Assembly (NCBI GenBank): GCA_964389165.1 | Contig: CAYMDI010000001.1 | Span: 1 to 33,997, forward strand | Source: an uncultured Eubacteriales bacterium | Lineage (GTDB): Bacteria; Bacillota; TC1 | Direction of reading: 5' to 3' | DNA: 33,997 nt | Part shown: positions 14,941 to 22,828 of the stretch, in pieces | Position numbering within the stretch: the first letter of the stretch is position 1 | Layout of the letters: each line of letters starts with the position of its first letter | Made by a program: the position numbers and the translations under genes | Notes under the pieces: generated by a model | Database searches by the model: none | Told to the model about the DNA's origin: nothing | What the model saw: only the letters and a program-made list of their open reading frames with translations

Positions 14941-16323
14941 TTATCTTAACATTTCCCAGATCTTGTTTTTCGTGATGAAATCACTGGTTCCCGGGTTCTG
15001 CGCCTCCAGCCCTTCCAAGAGCTTCACAGCCTGTACGTAGAGAGCCTCCTCCAGCCGGATTTTTGTAATCTCACAGCTTAGGGCATAGGGGGAGAGAAGG
15101 CCTTCCCCATAGTGGATGTTATTGGCATGGCAGCCGCCGGAGCAATGGAATCGGGCCCAGCAGGAGCGGCAGGAGTCCTTGCTGTAGATGCTGGCATCCT
15201 GGAAATCCTGGGAGATGTCCTTGCGGATACCCTCCTCCATGATGTTCCCCAGTCGGTACTCCGGATTTTCTATCAGCTGATGGCAGGGGTAGATATCTCC
15301 TGAGGGGGTAACGGCCAGATACTCCGTTCCTGCACCGCAGGCGGTAATCCGCTTATAGATGCAGGGGCCCCCTTGGAGCTGGATGTTGAAATGGAAGAAA
15401 TCCAGGGGATCTCCCTCCCTGTACCACTTCAGGTAACGCTGTCCAAGCTCTTCATAGGCGGACCGGATGGCAGGAAGGTCCTCCCAGGTGATGTCCCCTC
15501 CGATAACAGGCTCCATGGAAAGGTGCCGGAAGCCAAGATCCCGCAGGGCTTCCACATCTTCGTAAAAGTCCAGGTTCTTTCCTGTATAGGTGCCCCGGGC
15601 TACATAATCCTCGCTTTTATCCTTGAAGGACAGATAATTCCGCACTACCGTATCGTAGCTGCCCTCGCCGGATTTGGTGTAGCGGTTGGCATCGTGGACT
15701 TCCTTCCGGCCATCAATGCTCAGGACAGTCCCCACCTGATGTTCCTCAAGGTAACGGCCTGTCTCCTCGTCCAGGAGAAGGCCATTGGTGGTCATGGACC
15801 ACTTGATGGCCTTTCCGGCTTCCCGGGCCTTTTCTTCCCCATAGGGGATGAGCTCCCGGATCAGAGGCAGGTTCAGGAGAGGTTCCCCGCCGAAAAAGTC
15901 CACCTCCACCAGCCTTCGGCCCTGGCTCTCTGACAGCAGGCGGTCAATGGCTCTCTTCCCCACCTCCGGGGACATAATGGCTTCTGCCCCTTTATAGTTT
16001 CCTCCAGAAGCGAAGCAATAGGGGCAGGCCAGATTGCAGACATGAGCGACATTAAGGCAGAGGGACTTCAGATTATAATTTATATTCCGGGGAAGGGCCC
16101 CATCATCCGGGGTGCCCAGGCGGCCCTCCTCGATGAGGGCGCGGATTTCCGCCAGGGCTTCCAGTTCCTCCTGCTCCTTAAAATCTTCAGGAGCCTGCCC
16201 CTGGAGCAGGGCCTCCAGGACCTGGGCGCTCTGGGGATCGAAGAGGTGAAGGGAGCCTGAATTCACATCCAGGACTAGGTTCATATCCCCTTTCCGGATA
16301 ATATGGACATCGTGTCTGTTCAT
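14941..16323 (-). CDS. scfB: radical SAM/SPASM thioether-forming maturase of the SCIFF peptide (ScfB/CteB-like)
   Basis: The radical SAM motif CNLACPYC (CxxxCxxC) is present. The Cys-rich SPASM C-terminus includes CGAGTEYLAVTPSGDIYPC and CRSCWARFHCSGGC. I moved the start from 16494 to ATG 16323 (MNRHDVHIIRKGDMNLVLDVNSGSLHLFD), 5 nt after GGAGG. The resulting 460 aa is the typical size for this family. Confidence 0.9.
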   Translation of the reverse strand: MNRHDVHIIRKGDMNLVLDVNSGSLHLFDPQSAQVLEALLQGQAPEDFKEQEELEALAEIRALIEEGRLGTPDDGALPRNINYNLKSLCLNVAHVCNLACPYCFASGGNYKGAEAIMSPEVGKRAIDRLLSESQGRRLVEVDFFGGEPLLNLPLIRELIPYGEEKAREAGKAIKWSMTTNGLLLDEETGRYLEEHQVGTVLSIDGRKEVHDANRYTKSGEGSYDTVVRNYLSFKDKSEDYVARGTYTGKNLDFYEDVEALRDLGFRHLSMEPVIGGDITWEDLPAIRSAYEELGQRYLKWYREGDPLDFFHFNIQLQGGPCIYKRITACGAGTEYLAVTPSGDIYPCHQLIENPEYRLGNIMEEGIRKDISQDFQDASIYSKDSCRSCWARFHCSGGCHANNIHYGEGLLSPYALSCEITKIRLEEALYVQAVKLLEGLEAQNPGTSDFITKNKIWEMLR

Positions 16324-16336
16324 TTGTTCCTCCAAG

Positions 16337-16360
16337 AAAAAAGGCCCCGCATCCGGGACC
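16337..16360 (-). terminator. small intrinsic terminator/attenuator between scfA and scfB
   Basis: On the minus-strand RNA, GGUCCCG-GAUG-CGGGGCC forms 7 bp (one U.G) and is followed by UUUUUU. The structure sits in the 49-nt gap between the peptide stop and the maturase start. On the plus strand the same stem has a C/A mismatch. Confidence 0.55.
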
Positions 16361-16372
16361 TTCCGATAGGGC

Positions 16373-16519
16373 TTATTGGTGTAGGCAAAGCTGATTCGCC
16401 ACAGTGCAGGAGGTCTTGCAGGCGGACTGGCAAGCTGACTGGCAGTTTCCGCAGCCTCCTGTTTCCTTGGTTCCCTGCAGCCCCGGACTGGCAAGTGTAA
16501 GGATGTGTTTGTTATTCAT
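16373..16519 (-). CDS. scfA: SCIFF (six cysteines in forty-five residues) RiPP precursor peptide, 48 aa; not in the supplied ORF track
   Basis: The minus strand reads GTTAGGAGGGTTGAACC-ATG (16519). Translation gives MNNKHILTLASPGLQGTKETGGCGNCQSACQSACKTSCTVANQLCLHQ, ending at TAA (16373-16375). There are six Cys residues. The core GGCG.CQ..CQSACKTSCTV.NQ.C matches the SCIFF consensus as I recall it. The gene lies immediately upstream of the matching rSAM maturase. Confidence 0.9.
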   Translation of the reverse strand: MNNKHILTLASPGLQGTKETGGCGNCQSACQSACKTSCTVANQLCLHQ

Positions 16520-16544
16520 GGTTCAACCCTCCTAACTTGCTCTG

Positions 16545-16553
16545 ATTATATCA
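16545..16553 (-). promoter_or_regulatory. extended -10 promoter element for scfA
   Basis: The minus strand reads TGATATAAT about 25 nt upstream of the scfA RBS. The -35 region is weak (TGTATT). Confidence 0.5.
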
Positions 16554-16601
16554 TAAAGAGACCCTGAAATACATTTAATATTTATCTTTTTTTGAAATTA
16601 C

Positions 16602-16609
16602 TGTATAAT
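16602..16609 (+). promoter_or_regulatory. candidate -10 element for asnB
   Basis: TGTATAAT lies about 30 nt upstream of the asnB start. The -35 is poor, so this is tentative. Confidence 0.4.
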
Positions 16610-16640
16610 TGGGGAAGGGAAATCAAAGGAGGAAGTGGCT

Positions 16641-18485
16641 TTGTGCGGTTATGTGGGCTTCATGTGCAGCGAGGTGAAAGAGAAAGAACCAGTCATCAGA
16701 GAAATGATGGACCGGATCCGGCACCGAGGTCCTGACAGTGCCGGCTTTTTTGCTGACCAGCGGGGAGCTCTGGGTTTCCGTCGCTTATCCATTATCGGGC
16801 TGGAAGATGGAGACCAGCCCATTTTCAATGAAGACAAGAGCCTGGTCCTGGTGTTTAACGGGGAGATTTACAATTACAGCAGCCTTAAGGAAGAGCTGAT
16901 TGCCAAGGGCCATCGCTTTTACACCCATGCGGATTCAGAGGTTCTGATCCATCTCTATGAAGAAGAAGGGGCAGCAATGGTCCCCCGGCTCCGGGGGATG
17001 TTTTCATTTGCCATTTATGATAAGGAACAGGGATCTTTGTTCCTGGCCCGGGACTATTTCGGCATCAAGCCGCTCTATTATGGGTTTTCCGGAGAGGCCT
17101 TTCTCTTCGGCTCGGAAATCAAGAGCTTCCTGGCCTTTCCAGGTTTTCAGAAGGAGCTGAATCCTGAGGCCCTGGAGAGCTACCTGAGCTTCCAGTACAG
17201 CAGCCTCCCCGAAACCTTCTTCAAGGGGGTCTATCAGCTGCGTCCAGGATGTACCCTGAGCTGGAAGGAGGGGAAGGCAGAGATCAGCCCCTATTTCCAG
17301 CCCTCATTCGAGCCCCGGGAAGAATGGGAACTTACCGAACTGGTGGATGAGATTGCAGAGGTCTTTGAAGCCTCGGTCATGGTCCATAAAATCAGCGATG
17401 TGGAGGTGGGCAGCTTCCTTTCCAGCGGGATCGATTCCAGCTATGCGGCAACTGTTTTTCAGGGAGATAAGACCTTCACTGTAGGTTTTGAAAATGCGGG
17501 ATATAACGAAATAAGCTATGCAAAAGAGCTTTCCGGAATCATCGGCATCCACAATGAGAGCAAAGTCATCGGAGATGATGAATACTGGGATAGCCTTTCT
17601 GCTGTACAGTATCATATGGATGAACCCCTTGCTGATCCTTCAGCTGTGGCCCTGTATTTTGTCTCTCAGCTGGCCAGCAAGCATGTGAAGGTGGTCCTTT
17701 CAGGAGAAGGGGCTGATGAGCTCTTCGGAGGGTACAATATCTACAGAGAGCCCTTGGATACTGCAGGCTATCGCAGGCTCCCCCGCTTCCTCCGGAGAGG
17801 GGTGGGGGCCCTGGCCAGGCTGCTTCCTGAGGTGAAAGGCAAATCCTTTCTCATCCGTGGGGGGCAGGATCTGGAAGAGCGGTATATCGGGAATGCCCGG
17901 ATCTTTTCGGATAAAGAGCGCAAAGCCCTGCTGAAAAACAGGACTAAAGCCCCGGCCACCAGGGAAGTCACGGCCCCCTGGTATGAGGGAGGGAAGGGTC
18001 TGGATGATACAACCAGGATGCAGCTTGTAGATATGAACACCTGGCTCATCGGAGATATCCTCCTGAAGGCTGACAAGATGAGCATGGCTCACAGCCTGGA
18101 GCTGCGGGTGCCTTTCCTGGACAAAGAGGTCTTTGCCCTGGCCAGGACCATTCCCCTGCGGTATAAGGTCAACAGGCATAACACAAAATATGCTCTGCGC
18201 CTGGCTGCAAGACGGGTCATTCCCAAAGCTGTGGCAGATAAGCGGAAGCTGGGCTTCCCTGTGCCCATCCGGGTCTGGCTCCGGGAGGAGAAATATCTTA
18301 GGAAGATCCGGGAGGCCTTCAGCCGGCCCATCGCCCGGGAGCTCTTTCAGGAAACCATGCTGGAGAAGCTTCTTACAGACCACTATAATGGCAAGAGGGA
18401 TCACAGCCGCAAGATCTGGACCATCTATATGTTCCTGGTCTGGCATGAGGTTTTCTTTGAAAAAGAGGAGGGGAATAGGAAATGA
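16641..18485 (+). CDS. asnB: asparagine synthase (glutamine-hydrolysing)
   Basis: The Ntn-glutaminase N-terminus requires Cys as residue 2, so I set the start at TTG 16641 (M-CGYVGF), 8 nt after AAGGAGG (16626-16632). The listed GTG is at 16635. Other motifs are RGPDSAG, NGEIYNY and the PP-loop SFLSSGIDSS. Confidence 0.9.
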   Translation: MCGYVGFMCSEVKEKEPVIREMMDRIRHRGPDSAGFFADQRGALGFRRLSIIGLEDGDQPIFNEDKSLVLVFNGEIYNYSSLKEELIAKGHRFYTHADSEVLIHLYEEEGAAMVPRLRGMFSFAIYDKEQGSLFLARDYFGIKPLYYGFSGEAFLFGSEIKSFLAFPGFQKELNPEALESYLSFQYSSLPETFFKGVYQLRPGCTLSWKEGKAEISPYFQPSFEPREEWELTELVDEIAEVFEASVMVHKISDVEVGSFLSSGIDSSYAATVFQGDKTFTVGFENAGYNEISYAKELSGIIGIHNESKVIGDDEYWDSLSAVQYHMDEPLADPSAVALYFVSQLASKHVKVVLSGEGADELFGGYNIYREPLDTAGYRRLPRFLRRGVGALARLLPEVKGKSFLIRGGQDLEERYIGNARIFSDKERKALLKNRTKAPATREVTAPWYEGGKGLDDTTRMQLVDMNTWLIGDILLKADKMSMAHSLELRVPFLDKEVFALARTIPLRYKVNRHNTKYALRLAARRVIPKAVADKRKLGFPVPIRVWLREEKYLRKIREAFSRPIARELFQETMLEKLLTDHYNGKRDHSRKIWTIYMFLVWHEVFFEKEEGNRK

Positions 18486-18973
18486 TCACCATCAGCCTGG
18501 ATGTCCTGGAGATGTTCCTGTATTACTGGCAGGCTACATCAGAGAAGGAAAAAGTCAGCGACTTGTATCTTACAGATATTGCCCAACGCCCTGAAATGTC
18601 TGTGCTTCTGGGGGAGGATTTCACAAGAGACTCCATCCGCAAGGTGCTGTCCAGCATTACCAACAGGGAGGTCCTCTCCAGCAAGACAAAAGCAGAGGGA
18701 CGGTTCTGGAATAATAATATGTGGATGCTGGAGGATCTCAGCCTTACAGCAGCCATGCTGGCTCCGGTGAAGCAGCTGAAAGGGGAGGACCTGGGGGAGG
18801 GGGATCTGCGGATCATCTTCATTCCCGGACATCTTGAGACCCTGTACCGCCGGCCCGGGGAGCTTTATGTGAACTTCTTTAAGCTCAGCATGGATTTTGC
18901 AGATGGCAGTGTGAAGATCGACGAGAAGCCATTGGTGGCCTTTCTAAAGGAAGCGATTCAGGAAAGCAGATAA
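18482..18973 (+). CDS. hypothetical protein (163 aa), translationally coupled to asnB
   Basis: The start overlaps the asnB stop (ATGA). The product looks soluble and I recognise no motif. The coding call rests on length, coupling and the terminator that follows. Confidence 0.55.
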   Translation: MITISLDVLEMFLYYWQATSEKEKVSDLYLTDIAQRPEMSVLLGEDFTRDSIRKVLSSITNREVLSSKTKAEGRFWNNNMWMLEDLSLTAAMLAPVKQLKGEDLGEGDLRIIFIPGHLETLYRRPGELYVNFFKLSMDFADGSVKIDEKPLVAFLKEAIQESR

Positions 18974-18979
18974 GAAAGA

Positions 18980-19003
18980 GGCCCGGACCAGACGGTCCGG
19001 GCC
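18980..19003. terminator. bidirectional terminator hairpin between convergent genes
   Basis: GGCCCGGACC (18980-18989) pairs perfectly with GGUCCGGGCC (18994-19003). The loop is AGAC and the flanks are A-rich and U-rich. Confidence 0.8.
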
Positions 19004-19029
19004 TTTCCTTCAGAGAATCCGGGCAGGGG

Positions 19030-19317
19030 CTATTCCCAGAAATCCACAGCTTTGATGGGTTCGCAGACTGTACGCATATAGTCTACAAACTCATCGTGGG
19101 CGGGAAGGTTCTTATAAGCCATCAGGTCTTCCACAGACTCGAAAGTGGATACCAGGGCTACATCCCAGTTTACAGCCAGTTTCACGACATTACGCCCCAC
19201 TTCAAAGCTTTTGGGGATATCCGTTACAGTGGGAAGATGGCGGAGCTTCTCCATCAGGGTTTCAGCAGCCTCTTCTTTCCCTTCCTGCATTTTGAATAGT
19301 ACGATGTGTTTCAGCAT
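19030..19317 (-). CDS. Dabb (stress-responsive alpha/beta-barrel) family protein
   Basis: MLKHIVLFKMQEGKEE...FEVGRNV...DVALVSTFESVEDLMAYKNLPAHDEFV is the typical Dabb pattern. I moved the start to ATG 19317, which follows AGGAGGTGA. Confidence 0.8.
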   Translation of the reverse strand: MLKHIVLFKMQEGKEEAAETLMEKLRHLPTVTDIPKSFEVGRNVVKLAVNWDVALVSTFESVEDLMAYKNLPAHDEFVDYMRTVCEPIKAVDFWE

Positions 19318-19393
19318 GTTCTCACCTCCTGTCAGCCAATTATACATCCTGGATAAAATACGGTCAACAGACCTTATCCTTGCTTCCCAATGG

Positions 19394-19402
19394 TGATATA
19401 AT
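19394..19402 (+). promoter_or_regulatory. extended -10 element upstream of polA
   Basis: TGATATAAT lies about 30 nt before the polA GTG start. The -35 is weak. Confidence 0.45.
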
Positions 19403-19430
19403 TAATTAATATGAAATATACCGGAAGAAG

Positions 19431-22004
19431 GTGGAAGCCCTGCAGCAGAAGATCATCATTATTGACGGAAACAGCCTCCTCCACAGAGCCTATCATGGGA
19501 TGCGCCCCCTGACCAACCGGGATGGGGAATATACCCATGGTGTCTATGGCTTCCTGAGGATGCTGGAGAGCCTCCTGAAGGAAGAGCAGCCAGCAGCCAC
19601 AGCCGTAGCCTTTGATGTAGGGAAGACCTTCCGTCATGATCTTTACCCGGATTACAAGGCGGGACGAAAGGAAACAGACCCGGAACTGAAAAGCCAGTTC
19701 CCTCTCCTGAAGGAGGCTCTCAGGGCCTTGGGGATCCCTGTCCTGGAAGCGCCCGGATATGAGGCAGATGATATTCTGGGGACTGTAGCCCGACTTGGGA
19801 CCGAGGCCGGAGATCAGGTGATCCTGGTTACAGGGGATAAGGACGCTTTCCAGCTTATTAACGGGAACACCAGGCTCTATCTGACCCGGAAGGGCCTTTC
19901 GGATATTGAGAAGCTGGACGGGGAGGCCCTCCTTGAAAAATATGGCTTCAAACCCTCCCAGGCCCCGGATGTGAAGGGCCTTCAAGGGGATCCTTCAGAT
20001 AATATCAAGGGCGTCTTCGGCATCGGCGCGAAGGGAGCGCTGAATCTGATTCAGACTTATGGCAGCCTGGAAGAGATTTATAACCACCTGGAGGAGCTGA
20101 AGGGAAAACTGAAGGAGAATCTCATAGCAGGGAGGGAGTCCGCCTTTTTCAGCAGGGAGCTGGGAACCATAGCACGGGATGTCCCGCTGGACTATGAAGC
20201 CCTGAAGGCCGGAGTTCCCGATCCTGATGCCCTGGAAAGGCTCTTCAAAAGACTGGAATTCCGGAACGTCTTCCGGGATTATCTGAAAGGGGAAGAAGCA
20301 GCGGGGAGCAGCCAGGAAGCGGCTGCCGGCTGGGTTGCACCGGAGGCTTATGAGGAGGCCCAGGCTTTCCTCCAGCGGCTTTCCCAAGGGGGACCCAGCC
20401 TTTACCTCGTTCCGGAGATCCGGGGCGGGGATCTGTCTTCCCTGCAGGTCTTCGATGGAAACCTGGCAGCAGCCTATTCCCCCTCTTTCCCCACAATAGG
20501 GGAGACCCGGAAGATTCTGGAATGGCTCCGGGATTGCGGACGCTCCCTGGGAGCTTTTGACAGCAAGGGGCTGTACCGCCTTTTTCTGGACAACGGCCTG
20601 GCCTATCCCGGGGCTATGGAAGATGCCAGCCTTCTGAGCTATGTCCTTTATCCTGAGCGGAAGCATCAGCCGGAAGCGATTATAAGAGATCTTCTGGGGA
20701 TGCAGCCGGAAGCCACGTATATGGCCCAGTGTCTGGCCAGAGCCACAAGCCTGCTCCTGGAAAAAAGCAGAGAAGAAGGGGTTTATGAGGTCTATGAAAA
20801 GATCGAGAAGCCCCTGGCCCCTGTGCTGGCGGCCATGGAAGCCAGAGGCGTAGGCTTGGATCGGCAATATCTGGTCACCATGCAGTTAGAGATGGCTGAC
20901 AGGATCCAGAAACTGCAGGAGGCAATCTGGGGTGCTGCAGGGGAGAAGTTCAATGTGAACAGCACCCAGCAGCTTGGACAGGTCCTTTTCGAAGGCCTCC
21001 ATCTGCCTTCCGGTAAAAAGACGAAAACAGGATATTCCACAAGCCAGGAGATTCTGGAGAAGCTCTATGACCAGCATGAGATCATCCCTCTGATCCTGGA
21101 TTACCGCCGGCTGACAAAACTATACAGCACCTATCTGGAAGGCCTGCTGGCAGCGGGAGAGGCGGGGGTGATCCATACCACTTACAACCAGACTGTAGCG
21201 GTGACAGGACGCCTTTCCAGTGAGAATCCCAACCTCCAGAACATCCCCATCCGCACCCCGGAGGGGCGGATGATCCGCAGGGCCTTCAAGCCAGTGGCGG
21301 AGGGGAATCTGCTCCTTTGTGCAGACTATTCTCAGATCGAGCTTCGTATTCTGGCCCATATCACAGGAGACCCGGGGCTTCAGGAGGCCTTCCGGAAAGG
21401 GGAGGATATCCACAGGAGGACTGCAGGTGAGGTCTTCGGCATCCCTCCGGAAGAAGTGACTCCGGAGCAGCGCCGGGCAGCAAAGGCTGTGAATTTCGGA
21501 ATTGTTTATGGTATCAGCGATTTCGGACTCTCCCGGGATCTGGGCATTCCCATGGCTGAAGCCAGAGAATATATCAGCCGCTACTTCCAGCGCTATCCAA
21601 AAGTCCGGGAATGGATTGACGGAACTTTGGAGGAGGCCAGGAAGACCTTGAAGGTATATACCCTGACAGGGCGCTTCCGCAGCCTGCCGGAACTGAGAAG
21701 CAGCCAATATATGGTGCGTTCAGGGGCAGAACGGATGGCTATGAATGCCCCGATTCAGGGTACTGCAGCAGATCTGATCAAGCTTGCCATGATCAAGGTA
21801 GAAAGGGAACTGAAGGAGAAGGGCCTGAAGGCTGAGCTCATCCTCCAGGTCCATGATGAGCTGATTCTGGAAGTCCCACCGGAAGAGATGGAGCAGGTGC
21901 GGAAACTGGTGAAGGCGGAAATGATGGAAGCGATGGAACTGGCAGTCCCTCTGGAGGTGGATGTCAAGACTGGTGCCAACTGGTATGATGTGGAGGAAGC
22001 CTGA
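19431..22004 (+). CDS. polA: DNA polymerase I
   Basis: A 5'-nuclease domain (IIIIDGNSLLHRAYH, GDKDAFQL, GDPSDNIKGV) is followed by polymerase motifs (DYSQIELRILAH, RRAAKAVNFGIVYG, QVHDELILE). The gene uses a GTG start. Confidence 0.95.
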   Translation: MEALQQKIIIIDGNSLLHRAYHGMRPLTNRDGEYTHGVYGFLRMLESLLKEEQPAATAVAFDVGKTFRHDLYPDYKAGRKETDPELKSQFPLLKEALRALGIPVLEAPGYEADDILGTVARLGTEAGDQVILVTGDKDAFQLINGNTRLYLTRKGLSDIEKLDGEALLEKYGFKPSQAPDVKGLQGDPSDNIKGVFGIGAKGALNLIQTYGSLEEIYNHLEELKGKLKENLIAGRESAFFSRELGTIARDVPLDYEALKAGVPDPDALERLFKRLEFRNVFRDYLKGEEAAGSSQEAAAGWVAPEAYEEAQAFLQRLSQGGPSLYLVPEIRGGDLSSLQVFDGNLAAAYSPSFPTIGETRKILEWLRDCGRSLGAFDSKGLYRLFLDNGLAYPGAMEDASLLSYVLYPERKHQPEAIIRDLLGMQPEATYMAQCLARATSLLLEKSREEGVYEVYEKIEKPLAPVLAAMEARGVGLDRQYLVTMQLEMADRIQKLQEAIWGAAGEKFNVNSTQQLGQVLFEGLHLPSGKKTKTGYSTSQEILEKLYDQHEIIPLILDYRRLTKLYSTYLEGLLAAGEAGVIHTTYNQTVAVTGRLSSENPNLQNIPIRTPEGRMIRRAFKPVAEGNLLLCADYSQIELRILAHITGDPGLQEAFRKGEDIHRRTAGEVFGIPPEEVTPEQRRAAKAVNFGIVYGISDFGLSRDLGIPMAEAREYISRYFQRYPKVREWIDGTLEEARKTLKVYTLTGRFRSLPELRSSQYMVRSGAERMAMNAPIQGTAADLIKLAMIKVERELKEKGLKAELILQVHDELILEVPPEEMEQVRKLVKAEMMEAMELAVPLEVDVKTGANWYDVEEA

Positions 22005-22828
22005 TGCCGGAGCTGCCAGAGGTCCAAGGGGTCATCAACAGCCTGAAAGACATCCTTCCGGGAAAGATCATCCAAGAGGTGGAAATCCGTCAGCCCTCTA
22101 TTGTGAATCACAGGGAAGACCTCCCTTTCCTTCTGCCTGGTAACAGGATCCTGGGCTTCCGCAGGAGAGGGAAATATATCCTTCTGGATCTCACAGCCGG
22201 AACCTTGCTGATCCATTTGCGGATGACGGGGAAGCTCTTATATGAGGGTGTAGCGGACAGGCATTGCCATGTGCGCTTTGCTTTTGAAGACGGCAGCTGG
22301 CTGTGGTACAAGGATGTGCGGAAATTCGGCAGGATTCTATATTTCGATAATGAAGCAGCTCTCCAGGCCCATCTCTCAGGCAAGGTGGGGATAGAGCCTA
22401 TGGAGATGAGCGAGATGGACTTTCTGGGGGTATTTGGCCATGCCAGGGGAAGCCTGAAGAAGGTCCTTCTGGATCAGCGGCTGGTTGCAGGGATCGGGAA
22501 TATCTATGCGGATGAGATCCTCTTCCGCAGCCGTCTGCACCCCCTGATGGAGGCCGAGAGCCTCAGCAGAAAGCAGCAGAAGACGCTCTATCTGGCAATC
22601 CGGGAGGTGCTGGGAGAGGCCCTGGCAGCAGGAGGCTCCACCATCCGGGATTATGCGGATGCCACAGGCTCCCCGGGAGCCTATCAGGAGGAGCATGCCG
22701 TTTATGGCCGGAGCAGCCAGCCCTGCATCCATTGTGCTGCCACCTTGCGCAAGACAGTGGTGGCTGGAAGGACGACTGTCTTCTGTCCGGCCTGCCAGAG
22801 AAAGAGGGGAGGGAGGAAAGGAATTTGA
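22004..22828 (+). CDS. mutM: formamidopyrimidine-DNA glycosylase
   Basis: The N-terminus MPELPEV and a C-terminal zinc finger (C..C...C..C) are present. The start overlaps the polA stop (TGATG). Confidence 0.95.
   Translation: MPELPEVQGVINSLKDILPGKIIQEVEIRQPSIVNHREDLPFLLPGNRILGFRRRGKYILLDLTAGTLLIHLRMTGKLLYEGVADRHCHVRFAFEDGSWLWYKDVRKFGRILYFDNEAALQAHLSGKVGIEPMEMSEMDFLGVFGHARGSLKKVLLDQRLVAGIGNIYADEILFRSRLHPLMEAESLSRKQQKTLYLAIREVLGEALAAGGSTIRDYADATGSPGAYQEEHAVYGRSSQPCIHCAATLRKTVVAGRTTVFCPACQRKRGGRKGI

Noticed and set aside
14941-16494. The listed 517-aa version of the radical-SAM ORF, starting at 16494.
   Set aside because: The first 57 codons (MPVRGCREPRKQEAAETASQLASPPARPP...) are Pro/Arg/Ala-rich out-of-frame read-through of the SCIFF gene and its terminator. 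The real start is ATG 16323, which has a GGAGG RBS and the conserved maturase N-terminus.
16520-16640. A search for LytTR-type direct repeats (a possible target of the nearby response regulator) upstream of scfA, the RR gene itself and the transporter gene.
   Set aside because: The only finding was a weak pair, TAATTTCA and GTATTTCA, about 28 bp apart. That is the wrong spacing for the ~21-bp periodicity typical of AgrA/ComE/VirR boxes, and the pair lies in AT-rich DNA where such matches are expected by chance.
16641-18973. The idea that AsnB plus the small downstream ORF form a lasso-peptide-type (McjC-like cyclase) RiPP cluster.
   Set aside because: This AsnB retains the full N-terminal glutaminase domain with the Cys nucleophile and has housekeeping-like length. 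No precursor peptide, transglutaminase-like protease or PqqD-like RRE is visible nearby.
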